DNA of 64,000 nt, from NCBI GenBank assembly GCA_041402125.1, contig JAWKSY010000022.1, positions 8,122 to 72,121 on the forward strand, read 5' to 3'. Positions 1-9,047 of this stretch are shown here, piece after piece. The notes beneath the pieces were generated by a model that made no database searches, was not told the origin of the DNA, and saw only the letters and a program-made list of their open reading frames with translations. Every line of letters starts with the position of its first letter. The first letter of the stretch is position 1. The stretch is from Planctomycetota bacterium. GTDB lineage: Bacteria; Planctomycetota; GCA-002687715; DRQF01. The position numbers and the translations under genes are program-made.

Positions 1-960
1 GCGGTCGATGGCGGCGAGGATCTTCTCGCGAACGGCGTCCGCGTAGCTGCGGCAGGTGATCTCGAGCTTCACGCGCTCGGGGATGATGTTGTGCTTCGTG
101 CCGCCGTGGATGGAGCCGACGGTGACGACGGCGGGATCGGTCGGCGCGATCTCCCGGCTGACGATCGTCTGGAGCGAGGTGACGATCTCGGCCGCGGCGA
201 CGATCGGGTCCTTCGTGGTGTGCGGGTAGGCGCCGTGTCCGCCCTCGCCGAGGATCTCGAGATCGACCATGTCGACGTTGGCGAGCGCGTAGCCCTCGCA
301 GAAAGCGACCTCGCCCGCCGGCAGCGCGGCGTTCATGTGCAGGGCGAGGGCATGGTCGGGGCGGCCGAAGCGCGCGAGGACGCCGTCCGCGATCATGGCG
401 CGCGCGCCCGCGCCGCGCTCCTCCGCCGGCTGCGCGACCATGAGCAGCGTGCCGCGCCAGTCGGCCTTCCGGGCCGCGAGGGCGCGGGCGGTGGCGACGA
501 AGACCGTCATGTGCATGTCGTGGCCGCAGGCGTGCATGACGCCGACCGTCTGGCCGGCATCGTCCTTCGTCGTCACCCGGCTCGCCCAGGGCAGGGCGGT
601 GGCCTCGGTGATCGGGAGCGCGTCCATGTCGGTGCGGATGAGGACGGTCGGGCCGGCGCCGTTCTTCAGCACGCCCACGAGACCCTCGCCGCCGAGGCCG
701 CGCGTGACCTCGTAGCCGGCCGCCTCGAGCTCGGCGCCGATCCGCTTCGCGGTCTCCACCTCGTGGAAGGAGAGCTCGGGGTTGCGGTGGAGGTGCTCGA
801 AGAGGGCGGTGAACTCGTCGAGGTGCTCCGCGAGGTAGGCCTCGACCGCGTCGCGACGTCGTGATTCGGGATCGGCATCGCCGGAGGCCGCGTCCGTGAA
901 GCCGCCGACCAGGAGGATCGGGACGAGGGCGAGGAGGAGGAGGGCGGCGGTCGGACGCAT
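1..960 (-). CDS. M20/M20D-family amidohydrolase (hippurate-hydrolase-like metallopeptidase); N-terminus with signal peptide is in the window, C-terminal end runs off the window start
   Basis: The minus-strand translation starts MRPTAALLLLALVPILLVGG (ATG = rc of 958-960) and reads through HACGHDMH, GGHGAYPHTTKDP and IHGGTKHNIIPERVKLEITCRSYADAVREKILAAIDR. These are classic M20D motifs, and GC3 bias is strong. The ORF is absent from the six-frame track only because its stop lies outside the window. Confidence 0.8.
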   Translation of the reverse strand, partial: MRPTAALLLLALVPILLVGGFTDAASGDADPESRRRDAVEAYLAEHLDEFTALFEHLHRNPELSFHEVETAKRIGAELEAAGYEVTRGLGGEGLVGVLKNGAGPTVLIRTDMDALPITEATALPWASRVTTKDDAGQTVGVMHACGHDMHMTVFVATARALAARKADWRGTLLMVAQPAEERGAGARAMIADGVLARFGRPDHALALHMNAALPAGEVAFCEGYALANVDMVDLEILGEGGHGAYPHTTKDPIVAAAEIVTSLQTIVSREIAPTDPAVVTVGSIHGGTKHNIIPERVKLEITCRSYADAVREKILAAIDR

Positions 961-1265
961 GGGCGAATCCTCGGGGAGTGGGGCGAGGTCGCATCATGCC
1001 ACGGCCGGCGGGGGCGGGTCGACGCAAGGAGGGGAGGGGGCGGAGCTTCCACCCGCGCCGAGGGGAACGCGCCCCACCCCGGGGGGCCCAGACGAACCTC
1101 GTCGCCCGGGGTGTCGCCACCCCCGGATTTCCCGGTCCGGGCGACACGAGCGACCCGGGGCGATAGAAGGAAGGGCCCTCGTCCGCGGCGGTCGCCAAAT
1201 CGGCTCGCCCCCGGATAACGGCCGGGGGTGCGGCCCGTGAGACCGGCGTCCGACCGGAGATTCAG

Positions 1266-1793
1266 GTGGGATCCGACCGACTCAGCGGCAACGAGGCCGC
1301 GACCCGAGCGATGGAGCACTGGCCGGAAGCCTTCGGGCTCGCGCTCCAGCTCACGGGTCGTCGGGCCGAGGCCGAGGACGTGGCGCAGGAGGCCTTCCTG
1401 CGCCTGTCCCGCCACGCCGGCGAGGTCGACGGTTCCCGTCCTCTGCGGGGCCTCGTGCTCCGGATCGTCCGCAACCTCGTCATCGACCGGGCCCGACGTG
1501 GGCGGGCCGGGTCCCTCGACGAGGCCGGGCCCGCCGATGGGCGAGCGACGGACCCCTTCGAGGCCGCCGCGCGCAGCGAGGAACGCTCCGTGCTGCGCGC
1601 GGCCCTCGAGGGTCTTTCGCCCCGCTGGCGGAGCGTTCTCTACCTGCGCGACGGACTCGATCTCTCCTACCGCGAGATCGGCGAGGTCGTCGGGATCACC
1701 GAGGACGTCGTTCGCGTCACCCTGCATCGCGCCCGCCGGCGCCTGCGCGACCACATGTCGGAGCGACTCTCCGACGACCGGGAGGAATCCTGA
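1266..1793 (+). CDS. ECF-type RNA polymerase sigma-70 factor
   Basis: Region 2 (EDVAQEAFLRLSRHAGE) and region 4 (LSYREIGEVVGITEDVVRVTLHRARRRLR) signatures are present. The start is either GTG at 1266 or ATG at 1311. The stop overlaps the start of the downstream anti-sigma gene. Confidence 0.85.
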   Translation: MGSDRLSGNEAATRAMEHWPEAFGLALQLTGRRAEAEDVAQEAFLRLSRHAGEVDGSRPLRGLVLRIVRNLVIDRARRGRAGSLDEAGPADGRATDPFEAAARSEERSVLRAALEGLSPRWRSVLYLRDGLDLSYREIGEVVGITEDVVRVTLHRARRRLRDHMSERLSDDREES

Positions 1794-2803
1794 TGCGCGA
1801 TGAAGCCCTGATCAGCGCCTACATCGACGGCGAACTCGACGAGCGCGAGCGCGCCGAGGTCGCGGCCTGGATCACGAGCGATCCCGAGACCGCGCGCCTC
1901 CACGCCGACCTCGTCGCGACGCGGCGGAACCTCCGCGCGCTCTACGACGAGGATCTCCGCGAGGCGCCGCGACCCCGCCGGCCCTTCCTTCGGCGTCCCG
2001 GGGTGCTGGCCTTCCTCGCCACGGCCGCGGCGGTGGTGGCGACGACGGTGTTCTTCCTCTTCGGGGCGGACCGCGCCGAGGCGAGCCCGGGCGCGCTCCT
2101 CGAGCGCGCCGCGAAGCGCTACGCCGAGCGCGACCAGATCGAACTCTGGGTGCGGTTCGACGTCGACTCCGCCGCGGAGTCGCCCCTCGGCGCCCAGGGC
2201 CAGCAGGCCCTCGCCCGGTTCGCGGCCGCGAACTCCCTGCGCGTCCTCTTCGGCCGCGGCAATCGCTTCCTCGTCATGCCGACCGCGGATCCCTCCTCGG
2301 ACTGGACGCTCGTGGACGGTCTCGCCGGCTTCGACGGCGACGAGGCCTGGCGCTACGACGGGCGTCGCGAACGCGTCGTCGTCCGCGACGGCGAGACGAT
2401 CGACAGCGCGCTCACGGCGCGCCTCGGCGGGACCGACCTCGTCGGCATCTTCTCCTGGGACCTGGCCCGCGACCTCGCGCGACCTGACCTCGTCATCCGC
2501 GAGGTCACCTGGCCCGCGGACCGGCGCACGCGGCGCCGCGTCTTCGACGTGATGCCGCCGCCGGTCGCCCCGGACGCTCCCGCGGAGGAGAAGCGGTGCC
2601 GCTGGACCTCGCTGCGGGTGACGATCGACCCGGAGGAGGGCCTCATCGAGCGGATCGAGACCGACGTGCGCCTGATGGGCATGGTGACGCTCCACGTCTC
2701 GGCGGACGTGGCCTCGGCCGATGCCCCGGTCGACACCCGGCTCTTCCGCCGCGACCGCCACGTCCCGGCCGGGACCGCGGTCGAGACGCGTCCTGGCAAG
2801 TGA
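1793..2803 (+). CDS. Putative anti-sigma factor (N-terminal anti-sigma domain, one TM segment, periplasmic C-terminal domain)
   Basis: The protein starts MRDEALISAYIDGELDERERAEVAAWI, a typical anti-sigma N-terminal motif. A hydrophobic segment LAFLATAAAVVATTVFFLF follows. The gene is translationally coupled (TGATG) to the ECF sigma gene upstream. Confidence 0.6.
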   Translation: MRDEALISAYIDGELDERERAEVAAWITSDPETARLHADLVATRRNLRALYDEDLREAPRPRRPFLRRPGVLAFLATAAAVVATTVFFLFGADRAEASPGALLERAAKRYAERDQIELWVRFDVDSAAESPLGAQGQQALARFAAANSLRVLFGRGNRFLVMPTADPSSDWTLVDGLAGFDGDEAWRYDGRRERVVVRDGETIDSALTARLGGTDLVGIFSWDLARDLARPDLVIREVTWPADRRTRRRVFDVMPPPVAPDAPAEEKRCRWTSLRVTIDPEEGLIERIETDVRLMGMVTLHVSADVASADAPVDTRLFRRDRHVPAGTAVETRPGK

Positions 2804-2843
2804 AACGATCGTGGGTTATCCTTTCATCTGAAAGGAGCCCCCG

Positions 2844-3224
2844 ATGGCCGTTCGTCGCGGAGTCGAGATCCCCCGGCCTGATCCGGCCGCCGTCCTGACC
2901 AAGGCCACCCTCGAGGCCTCGGACCGGCTCGGCGTGTCCCGACGCATCCTCGCCCGGGTGATCGGGGTCAGCGAGGCGACGCTCTCGCGTTCGGGCTCCG
3001 GCCGGCTCATCGACCCGGCGAGCAAGGAAGGGGAGCTCGCTCTCCTCTTCGTGCGGCTCTTCCGCGGGCTCGACGCGCTTGTCGGCGGCGACGAGGCCAA
3101 GGCTGCGGCCTGGCTCGCCGCGCCCCACGCGAGTCTCGCCGCCGTGCCCCTCGAACTCATCCAGTCCGCGTCCGGACTCGTCCATGTCGTCGATCATCTG
3201 GACGCGCTGCGCGGGACCGTCTAG
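2844..3224 (+). CDS. Xre-family antitoxin with DUF2384-type (MbcA/ParS) toxin-binding domain
   Basis: The 126-aa product reads RLGVSRRILARVIGVSEATLSR ... AAAWLAAPHASLAAVPLELIQSASGLVHVVDHLDAL. The size, HTH placement and adjacency to the RES gene all fit the family. Confidence 0.75.
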   Translation: MAVRRGVEIPRPDPAAVLTKATLEASDRLGVSRRILARVIGVSEATLSRSGSGRLIDPASKEGELALLFVRLFRGLDALVGGDEAKAAAWLAAPHASLAAVPLELIQSASGLVHVVDHLDALRGTV

Positions 3225-3255
3225 GGTCGCGCCCCTCGCGGCGCGGGCCTTCCGC

Positions 3256-3978
3256 ATGGTCGAGGCGCAGCACCGCGTCTCCACCATCAAGCTGGTCGAC
3301 ACCCTCGCCGAGCAGGAGGTCCTCGAGACGCTCCTCGAGGCCTCGAAGCCGCCGGTCCCGCCGGACCGGTCGTTCCAGCGCCTCCACTACCTGCTCGCGA
3401 CGCCCTTCCGCTACCCGCCGCTGCGGCACGGATCGCGATTCGGGCGGCGCCGCGAGCGGGGCATCTGGTACGGATCCGAGCACGAGCGCACCGTCATGGC
3501 CGAGGTCGCCTACTGGCGCTTCCGCTTCCTCGACGACACCGCGGCCGATCTCGGCACCGTCGAGACCGAGCACTCCCTCTTCCACGTGCCCGTTCGCACC
3601 GAGCTCGGCGTCGACCTCGCGGTGGAGCCCTTCCTCGCCGAGCGCGCCCGCATCGCGTCCCCGACGAGCTATCGCTGGTCCCAGCCCCTCGGCACCGCGA
3701 TGCGCGAACACGGGGTCCAGGCCTTCCGCGCTCCCTCGGCTCGCGACCTCGAGGGGGGGAACAACCTCGGCGTCTTCGATCCCGCCGCCTTCGCGCGCAA
3801 GACGCCGGGGCCGCGCGTGCCGCAGATCTGGAAGTGCCTCGCCTCGCGGCGGGACGTCGTCTTCCACCGCATCGACCTCCTCGGACGCAAGCGCTACTGG
3901 TTCGATCGCGCGATCACCGGCGGTCGCGAGCCCCTCGGGGACCGCGCTCCCGTCGAGGCCCCGGAGACCGGCTCGTGA
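3256..3978 (+). CDS. RES-domain toxin (NAD-targeting RES family, MbcT/ParT-like)
   Basis: The product has the RES-domain layout: LLATPFRYPPLRHGSRFGRRRERGIWYGSEHERTVMAEVAYWRF, QAFRAPSARDLEGGNNLGVFDPAAF and RIDLLGRKRYWFD. The ATG at 3256 lies 32 nt after the antitoxin stop. The longer track ORF starting at 3079 is an upstream in-frame artefact. Confidence 0.8.
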   Translation: MVEAQHRVSTIKLVDTLAEQEVLETLLEASKPPVPPDRSFQRLHYLLATPFRYPPLRHGSRFGRRRERGIWYGSEHERTVMAEVAYWRFRFLDDTAADLGTVETEHSLFHVPVRTELGVDLAVEPFLAERARIASPTSYRWSQPLGTAMREHGVQAFRAPSARDLEGGNNLGVFDPAAFARKTPGPRVPQIWKCLASRRDVVFHRIDLLGRKRYWFDRAITGGREPLGDRAPVEAPETGS

Positions 3979-4460
3979 AGCTCCACCTCGTCCGCCACGG
4001 CACCGCCGCGACCCGCCGCGAGGGCCGCGATCATCCCGACCGGCCGCTCGTTCCGAAAGGGCGTCTCCAGCTCGAGACGCTCGGCGCCTGGTATCGCTCC
4101 CGCGGCTTCCGCCCGGATCGCGTCGCCACGAGCCCCTTCCGTCGCGCGCGCGAATCGGCCGAGGTCTTCCTGGCCGCGGCTGGACTCGAGCCCTCCGTGC
4201 CGCTCGAGGTCGTCGACGCGCTCGTTCCCGCGGGCGAGGTCGAGAAGGCCCTGGCCGCGCTTCTCGCCCCGAGTGCGGAGACGCTCCTCGTCTTCGGCCA
4301 TCAGCCCCTCCTCGGCGCCCTGGCGGCGAGCCTGCTCGGAGCCGACGGACTTCCTCTCGACCTCAGCAAGGGCGGCTTCATCGAGCTCGACGTCGAGGAC
4401 CTTCCCGCCCGGCGCGCCGCGCGCCTGCGCGGTCTCATCCGCCCCGGCCACCTGCGCTGA
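3975..4460 (+). CDS. sixA: Phosphohistidine phosphatase SixA (histidine-phosphatase superfamily)
   Basis: The GTG start overlaps the RES stop as GTGA. The N-terminal motif is LHLVRHGTA, and the rest reads RPLVPKGRLQLETLGAWYRSRGFRPDRVATSPFRRARESAEVF ... LLVFGHQPLLG. Confidence 0.75.
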   Translation: MKLHLVRHGTAATRREGRDHPDRPLVPKGRLQLETLGAWYRSRGFRPDRVATSPFRRARESAEVFLAAAGLEPSVPLEVVDALVPAGEVEKALAALLAPSAETLLVFGHQPLLGALAASLLGADGLPLDLSKGGFIELDVEDLPARRAARLRGLIRPGHLR

Positions 4461-4500
4461 TTCGCGAGACCTCTCGCCGCGACTCCCTCCCGGAAACGGA

Positions 4501-4553
4501 GACGGCCCCCGTCGCATCCCCGCCGTCGACGGAGGGGATGCGAGGGGGCCGTC
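4501..4553. terminator. 20/21-bp inverted repeat (GACGGCCCCCGTCGCATCCCC ... GGGGATGCGAGGGGGCCGTC) between convergent sixA and abgT; candidate bidirectional terminator
   Basis: A near-perfect long palindrome was read directly in the 111-bp convergent intergenic region. The U-tracts are weak. Confidence 0.4.
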
Positions 4554-4571
4554 GCGCGGCGTCCTCCGGAG

Positions 4572-6437
4572 CTACTTCACCGAGTAGACGTAGGAGGCGT
4601 CGATGCCGAGCGGGATCCCGAGCTTCCAGTAGAGGATGAGGAAGGCGGTCCAGATCACGAGGAAGGAGATCGAGAAGGGCAGCATCAGGGAGATCAGGGT
4701 GCCGATGCCGGTGTTCTTCACGTAGCGCTGGCAGAAGGCCACCACGAGCGGGAAGTAGGGCATGAGCGGCGTGATGATGTTCGTCGTCGAGTCGCCGACG
4801 CGGTAGGCCGCCTGCGTGAACTCCGGCGAGATGCCGAGGGCCATGAGCATCGGCACGAAGATCGGCGCGAGGAGCGCCCACTTCGCCGACGCCGAACCCA
4901 CGACGAGGTTGACGGTGCCGCAGAGGAGGATGATTCCGACGATGGTGACCCAGGCCGGGAGCCCGGCGCGCTCGATGCCCTCGGCGCCACGCACGGCGAG
5001 CCAGGCGCCCACGTTCGAGTCGCTGAAGGCCTTGATGAAGAGGGCGGCGAAGAAGGCCATCACGAGGTAGTAGCCCATCGTGCTCATCGAGCGGCTCATG
5101 CCCTTGATGACGTCGCGGTGGTCGGAAGGTCCCCGCGACGTGCGCCGTGGACGATGCCTGGGGATGAGGAAGAGCAGGAAGATGAGCGGCACGATCATCC
5201 GCATGATCGGGGCCGCGAAGCTCGTGAGCGAGGGCGGGACGGTCTCGGTCGTGCCGATCGCCGAGCTGGCCACGAGGCGCGTCGCGCCGCCGCGGCGCGA
5301 CTCCTTGATCACGACGGAGTCCGGATGTCGGAGGCGCGGAAGTCCTGGCCGGCCTTGAGGCCGCTTCGGCGAGAGGTCGTAGGTGCGGATGCCCGTTCCC
5401 GTGTCGAGGACGAGGACGGCGTCCCGCGAGGATGCTCGGGTCGCCCTGGTAGGCCAGCGCCGCAGCGCCGTGAGGCGCGCACGGCCACTGCGTCCTTCAC
5501 GACTGTGCTCGATGGTCTCGCCGCTCTTCAGCACGAGGCGCGTCGAGGGCTTGGAGCGGAGTTCGGAGTCCTCCGGCCAGGAGACGAGGGCGAGGACGGC
5601 GCAGCCGATGAAGAAGGCGACGAGGCCCCAGCGCAGGCCGCGGGCCTCGGCCGGGGTGAGCGGCTCCATCTTCGGCATGTCGGCGGGGTCGCCGTCGATC
5701 TTCGTGTTCGCGAGGCGCGGCTCGATGATGCGGTCGGTGAGGAACCAGCCGACGAGCACGATGAGCAGCGAGGAGAAGCTGGTGAAGAGCCAGTTGCAGA
5801 GCGGGTTCACGACCACCGTCGGGTCGGTGACGTTCGCGCCGGCCTGGGTGATGCCCTGCAGGAGCGGATCGATGCCGGAGGGCACGAAATTCGCGCCGAA
5901 CCCGCCGGAGACGCCGGCGAAGGCGGCCGCGATGCCCGCGAGGGGGTGTCGTCCCGCCGCGTAGAAGAGGACGCCGCCGAGCGGGATGACGAGCACGTAG
6001 CCGGCGTCCGCCGCGGTGTGGCTGACGATGGCGACGAGGATGAGCATCGGGGTCAGCAGCGCCTTCGGCGTGAAGGAGAGCAGGCGCTTCAGGACCGCGT
6101 TGATGAAGCCCGACTCCTCGGCGACGCCGACGCCCAGCAGCGCGACGAGCACGACGCCGAGCGGATGGAATCCGGTGAAGGTCTCGACCATGTGCGCGAG
6201 GAAGTGCGCGAGCGAGGCCCCCGTGAGCTGGTTGGCGATGGTCTGGGTGCGCGTGCCGCCGCCGAGCTGCGGCACCTCGAACTCGGTCCCGCTCATCAGC
6301 CAGGAGACGACCCAGATCGCGCCGAGCGCGAAGACGAAGAGGAGGGCCGGGTCGGGCAGCTTGTTGCCGACGCGCTCGACGAGATTCAGGAAGCGGGTGA
6401 TGCCGCCGCTGGAGTCGGACTTGGGCGTTCCGGCCAT
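4572..6437 (-). CDS. AbgT-family transporter (p-aminobenzoyl-glutamate / antimetabolite exporter family) carrying an aberrant ~115-codon central segment
   Basis: Flanks match AbgT strongly. The N-terminal part reads RFLNLVERVGNKLPDPALLFV ... HPLAGIAAAFAGVSGGFGANF. The C-terminal part reads KGMSRSMSTMGYYLVMAFFAALF ... GSASAKWALLAPIFVPMLMALGISPEFTQAAYRVGDSTTNIITPLMPYFP. The middle, about 5214-5560, is Arg-rich, has poor GC3 and shows signs of compensating frameshifts. Confidence 0.8.
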   Translation of the reverse strand: MAGTPKSDSSGGITRFLNLVERVGNKLPDPALLFVFALGAIWVVSWLMSGTEFEVPQLGGGTRTQTIANQLTGASLAHFLAHMVETFTGFHPLGVVLVALLGVGVAEESGFINAVLKRLLSFTPKALLTPMLILVAIVSHTAADAGYVLVIPLGGVLFYAAGRHPLAGIAAAFAGVSGGFGANFVPSGIDPLLQGITQAGANVTDPTVVVNPLCNWLFTSFSSLLIVLVGWFLTDRIIEPRLANTKIDGDPADMPKMEPLTPAEARGLRWGLVAFFIGCAVLALVSWPEDSELRSKPSTRLVLKSGETIEHSREGRSGRARLTALRRWPTRATRASSRDAVLVLDTGTGIRTYDLSPKRPQGRPGLPRLRHPDSVVIKESRRGGATRLVASSAIGTTETVPPSLTSFAAPIMRMIVPLIFLLFLIPRHRPRRTSRGPSDHRDVIKGMSRSMSTMGYYLVMAFFAALFIKAFSDSNVGAWLAVRGAEGIERAGLPAWVTIVGIILLCGTVNLVVGSASAKWALLAPIFVPMLMALGISPEFTQAAYRVGDSTTNIITPLMPYFPLVVAFCQRYVKNTGIGTLISLMLPFSISFLVIWTAFLILYWKLGIPLGIDASYVYSVK

Positions 6438-6541
6438 GGAGATCCTCGGATTCGCGGTCGCTGATCGCCGTCGCCGGTGCGCCCGGCGTCGGGTGAGGAC
6501 GGGAGGACCGCGCGGCGCGGATCCCGTCTCGAGCCGAGAGT

Positions 6542-7900
6542 CTACCGGTCCCGGCCGACGCGGACAGCCCCGGGGGCGGGGGGATTCCCCCCGACCTCGC
6601 CCCCCGCCGCGTCACGGTGGAGCCGGGCCGCGCGCCAGGCGGCGCCGGCCCAGAGGAATCCGACCGGCACCATCGCGAGCGCCGTGCCCGCGACGCCGAC
6701 GCCGGCCGCGATCACGCGGCCGCAGAGGTTGCCCGAGACGACGTCGACGAGGCGGAAGAGCGCGGTGTCGATGAGACTCTTCGCCTTGTACTTTTCCTCC
6801 CGCGTGAGCGTGGTGAAGAGGACCTGGCGGGAAGGGCTGTCCAGGCCGTAGCCGAAGCCGCGGCGGACGGCGTCGAAGACGACCGCGACGAGGAGCGTGG
6901 GAAAGACGGCGAGCGCGGAGAAGCCGACGAGATTCACGACGACGAACCCGGCCAGGCCGGCGATCACGCCAAAGCGCCGGAGGAGTCGTCCCGTCACCAC
7001 GACCTCGAGGAGGAGGGCGATCGTCTGGGCGCCGAAGTTGGCGTCCGCGAAGAGCGCCGTGCGGGCGGCCCGATCGAGCGAGGACCGGCCGACGAGATCC
7101 AGGACCTGGAAGTAGAGAAAGGACGCCGCGGTCTTCTCGAAGACGACGAGGACCGCGATCGAGAGGAGCAGCGGCGAGCGCGCCACCTCGCGGAAGGCGC
7201 CGAGCGCGCCGCCTCCGATCGCCCGGTCGCCCCGCGGCGTCTCGCCGCGCGCCCGAGCGTTCCCGTCGTCCCAGCGGCCGAGGGCGAGGACCAGGCCGGC
7301 GACGACGACCAGCGAGACGATCGGAAGGAAGAGGAGATCGTCGACGGAGAGGGCGCGATCGTCGCCGATGACGCGACTCGCCAGGATCGATGTGGCGGCG
7401 GAGCCCGCGACCGCGCCCGCGGTGCCGCCGGCGGCGATCACGGCGAAGAGACGCCGCGCGTCGCGCTCGCCGAAGACGTCGGCCATGAAGCTCCAGAAGA
7501 CGGAGATCGCGAAGACGTTGAAGACGCTCACCCAGACGTAGAAGGTCCGGGCAAGCGCCTTCTCCGCGCCGAGGTCGAAGCGGAAGAGGGTCCAGAAGAC
7601 CGCGAGGTTGGCGGCGAAGAAGAGGTAGAGCGCGGGAAGGCATCGCCGCCGCGGCACCCGCGAGATCAGCCAGGAGTAGGCCGGCACCGAGGCGAGCGTG
7701 ACGAGGAAGGTCGCGATCCAGAGGTTCGGGAGATTCTTCACGCCGCCGGCGGCGCCCATCTCCTCCCGGAGCGGTCGGATCACGAAGTAGCCGAAGAGCA
7801 GCAGGAAGAAGTAGCTGAAGGCGAGGAGGACGGGACGGAGCTCCCGGGGGTCGATCCCCAGGAGCCCCGCGAGGGCCGCGCTCGCCTTGCCGAGGTTCAC
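6542..7900 (-). CDS. Npt1/Npt2 (TLC, ATP/ADP-translocase-like) family nucleotide transporter, about 12 TM segments
   Basis: The N-terminal pattern PRELRPVLLAFSYFFLLLFGYFVIRPLREEMG ... LPNLWIATFLVTLASVPAYSWLISR matches the TLC family N-terminus. The start is GTG at 7900. The family call is tentative; the protein may simply be a generic MFS-like transporter. Confidence 0.5.
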   Translation of the reverse strand: MNLGKASAALAGLLGIDPRELRPVLLAFSYFFLLLFGYFVIRPLREEMGAAGGVKNLPNLWIATFLVTLASVPAYSWLISRVPRRRCLPALYLFFAANLAVFWTLFRFDLGAEKALARTFYVWVSVFNVFAISVFWSFMADVFGERDARRLFAVIAAGGTAGAVAGSAATSILASRVIGDDRALSVDDLLFLPIVSLVVVAGLVLALGRWDDGNARARGETPRGDRAIGGGALGAFREVARSPLLLSIAVLVVFEKTAASFLYFQVLDLVGRSSLDRAARTALFADANFGAQTIALLLEVVVTGRLLRRFGVIAGLAGFVVVNLVGFSALAVFPTLLVAVVFDAVRRGFGYGLDSPSRQVLFTTLTREEKYKAKSLIDTALFRLVDVVSGNLCGRVIAAGVGVAGTALAMVPVGFLWAGAAWRAARLHRDAAGGEVGGNPPAPGAVRVGRDR

Positions 7901-7904
7901 GAGG

Positions 7905-9047
7905 TCACTTCGCCTCGGACTTCGCCTTCCGCGAGGCGTGCCAGGCCTCGAGGAGTTCGCGCTCGCGATCAGGGCCGATCGCCGCGGTGCGGCGACGTCC
8001 CGCGGGTCGGACGCGTTCCCACTCGATCACGTCCTTGATCGTGTCCTCGAGCGGGCGGAAGGTCAGGCCGGCCTTCACCGCCTTCTCGTTCGAGCAGATC
8101 ACCGGCCGGTCCTTGCCCTTCGGCGGCGGCGACCAGGAGGGAAGCTCGACCCAGGGGCGCAGCTCGTTCTTCTCGAGGAAGGGCAGATCGACCCAGGTGA
8201 AGCGGGCGTCGCTGCCCGAGACCTTCTTCGAGGTCTCGAGGAGCGTCTTCATCGGCGTCGGCGCGACGGGGCCCAGCGCGTTGAAGGTGCCGGCGAGCTT
8301 CCGCTCGATCGCGTCGACGATGAAGCGGGCGAGATCCTTCACGTCGATGTACTGCTGGCCCCACTGCGGCTCGCCGGGCGCCAGGACCTCGCCGCCCTTC
8401 GCGACGCGGAGCGGCCAGTGGGAGAAGCGCTCGGTCGTGTCGCGGTAGCCGACGATGAGTCCGGGGCGGATGTTCGCGACGCGACCCGGCATCGCCTTCT
8501 CGGCCGCCTGCTCGCAGAGCGCCTTCAGCGGACCGTAGGACTCGTTCGTCACCTTCTCGGTCGTCGGGTCCTCGAGCGTGCCGACCGGGGTGGACTCGTC
8601 GGTGTCCTTCGAATCGAGGTCGGGGTAGACCGAGATCGAGGACACGAAGGCGTAGAAGCCGCTCGTCTTCAGCGCCTCGGCCGACAGCGCGACGTGGCGC
8701 GGGACGTAGCCCGAGGTGTCGATGACGCCGTCGAAGACGCGGTCGGCGAGCGCTTCGAGCTTGCCGTTGCGGTCGCCCTTGAGCTTCTCGAGATCGGGAA
8801 ACAGATCGGTGTTCGTGCGTCCGCGGTTGAAGAGCGTCATCTCGTGTCCGCGGGCGAGCGCCTCCTCGACGACGGCCGGGCCGAGGAAGCCCGTGCCGCC
8901 GAGGATCAAGAGCTTCAGCTTCTTCCTCGGGGCGGCGGGGGGAGCCGGCTTCTCGTCCTGGGGCCGGGGCCAGCCCGCGGAGCCGCCCAGCCCGAAGGCC
9001 AGGGACAGGGATGCGCTGCGTCGCAGGAACTCTCTTCGGTCGCTCAT
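7905..9047 (-). CDS. Tat-exported NAD(P)-binding NmrA-like / SDR epimerase-dehydratase family protein
   Basis: A twin-arginine signal is present (MSDRREFLRRSASLSLAFGLGG). The Rossmann motif LLILGGTGFLGPAVVEEALARGHEM is followed by an extended SDR-type fold. Confidence 0.7.
   Translation of the reverse strand: MSDRREFLRRSASLSLAFGLGGSAGWPRPQDEKPAPPAAPRKKLKLLILGGTGFLGPAVVEEALARGHEMTLFNRGRTNTDLFPDLEKLKGDRNGKLEALADRVFDGVIDTSGYVPRHVALSAEALKTSGFYAFVSSISVYPDLDSKDTDESTPVGTLEDPTTEKVTNESYGPLKALCEQAAEKAMPGRVANIRPGLIVGYRDTTERFSHWPLRVAKGGEVLAPGEPQWGQQYIDVKDLARFIVDAIERKLAGTFNALGPVAPTPMKTLLETSKKVSGSDARFTWVDLPFLEKNELRPWVELPSWSPPPKGKDRPVICSNEKAVKAGLTFRPLEDTIKDVIEWERVRPAGRRRTAAIGPDRERELLEAWHASRKAKSEAK

Noticed and set aside
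5118-8038. Long plus-strand ORFs (5118-6464, 6016-6774, 6617-8038) opposite AbgT and the Npt-like transporter
   Set aside because: Their translations are Asp/Glu/Arg/Gly-rich with no motifs. This is the typical antisense open frame of >70% GC DNA. The minus-strand genes carry the recognisable proteins and the GC3 bias.
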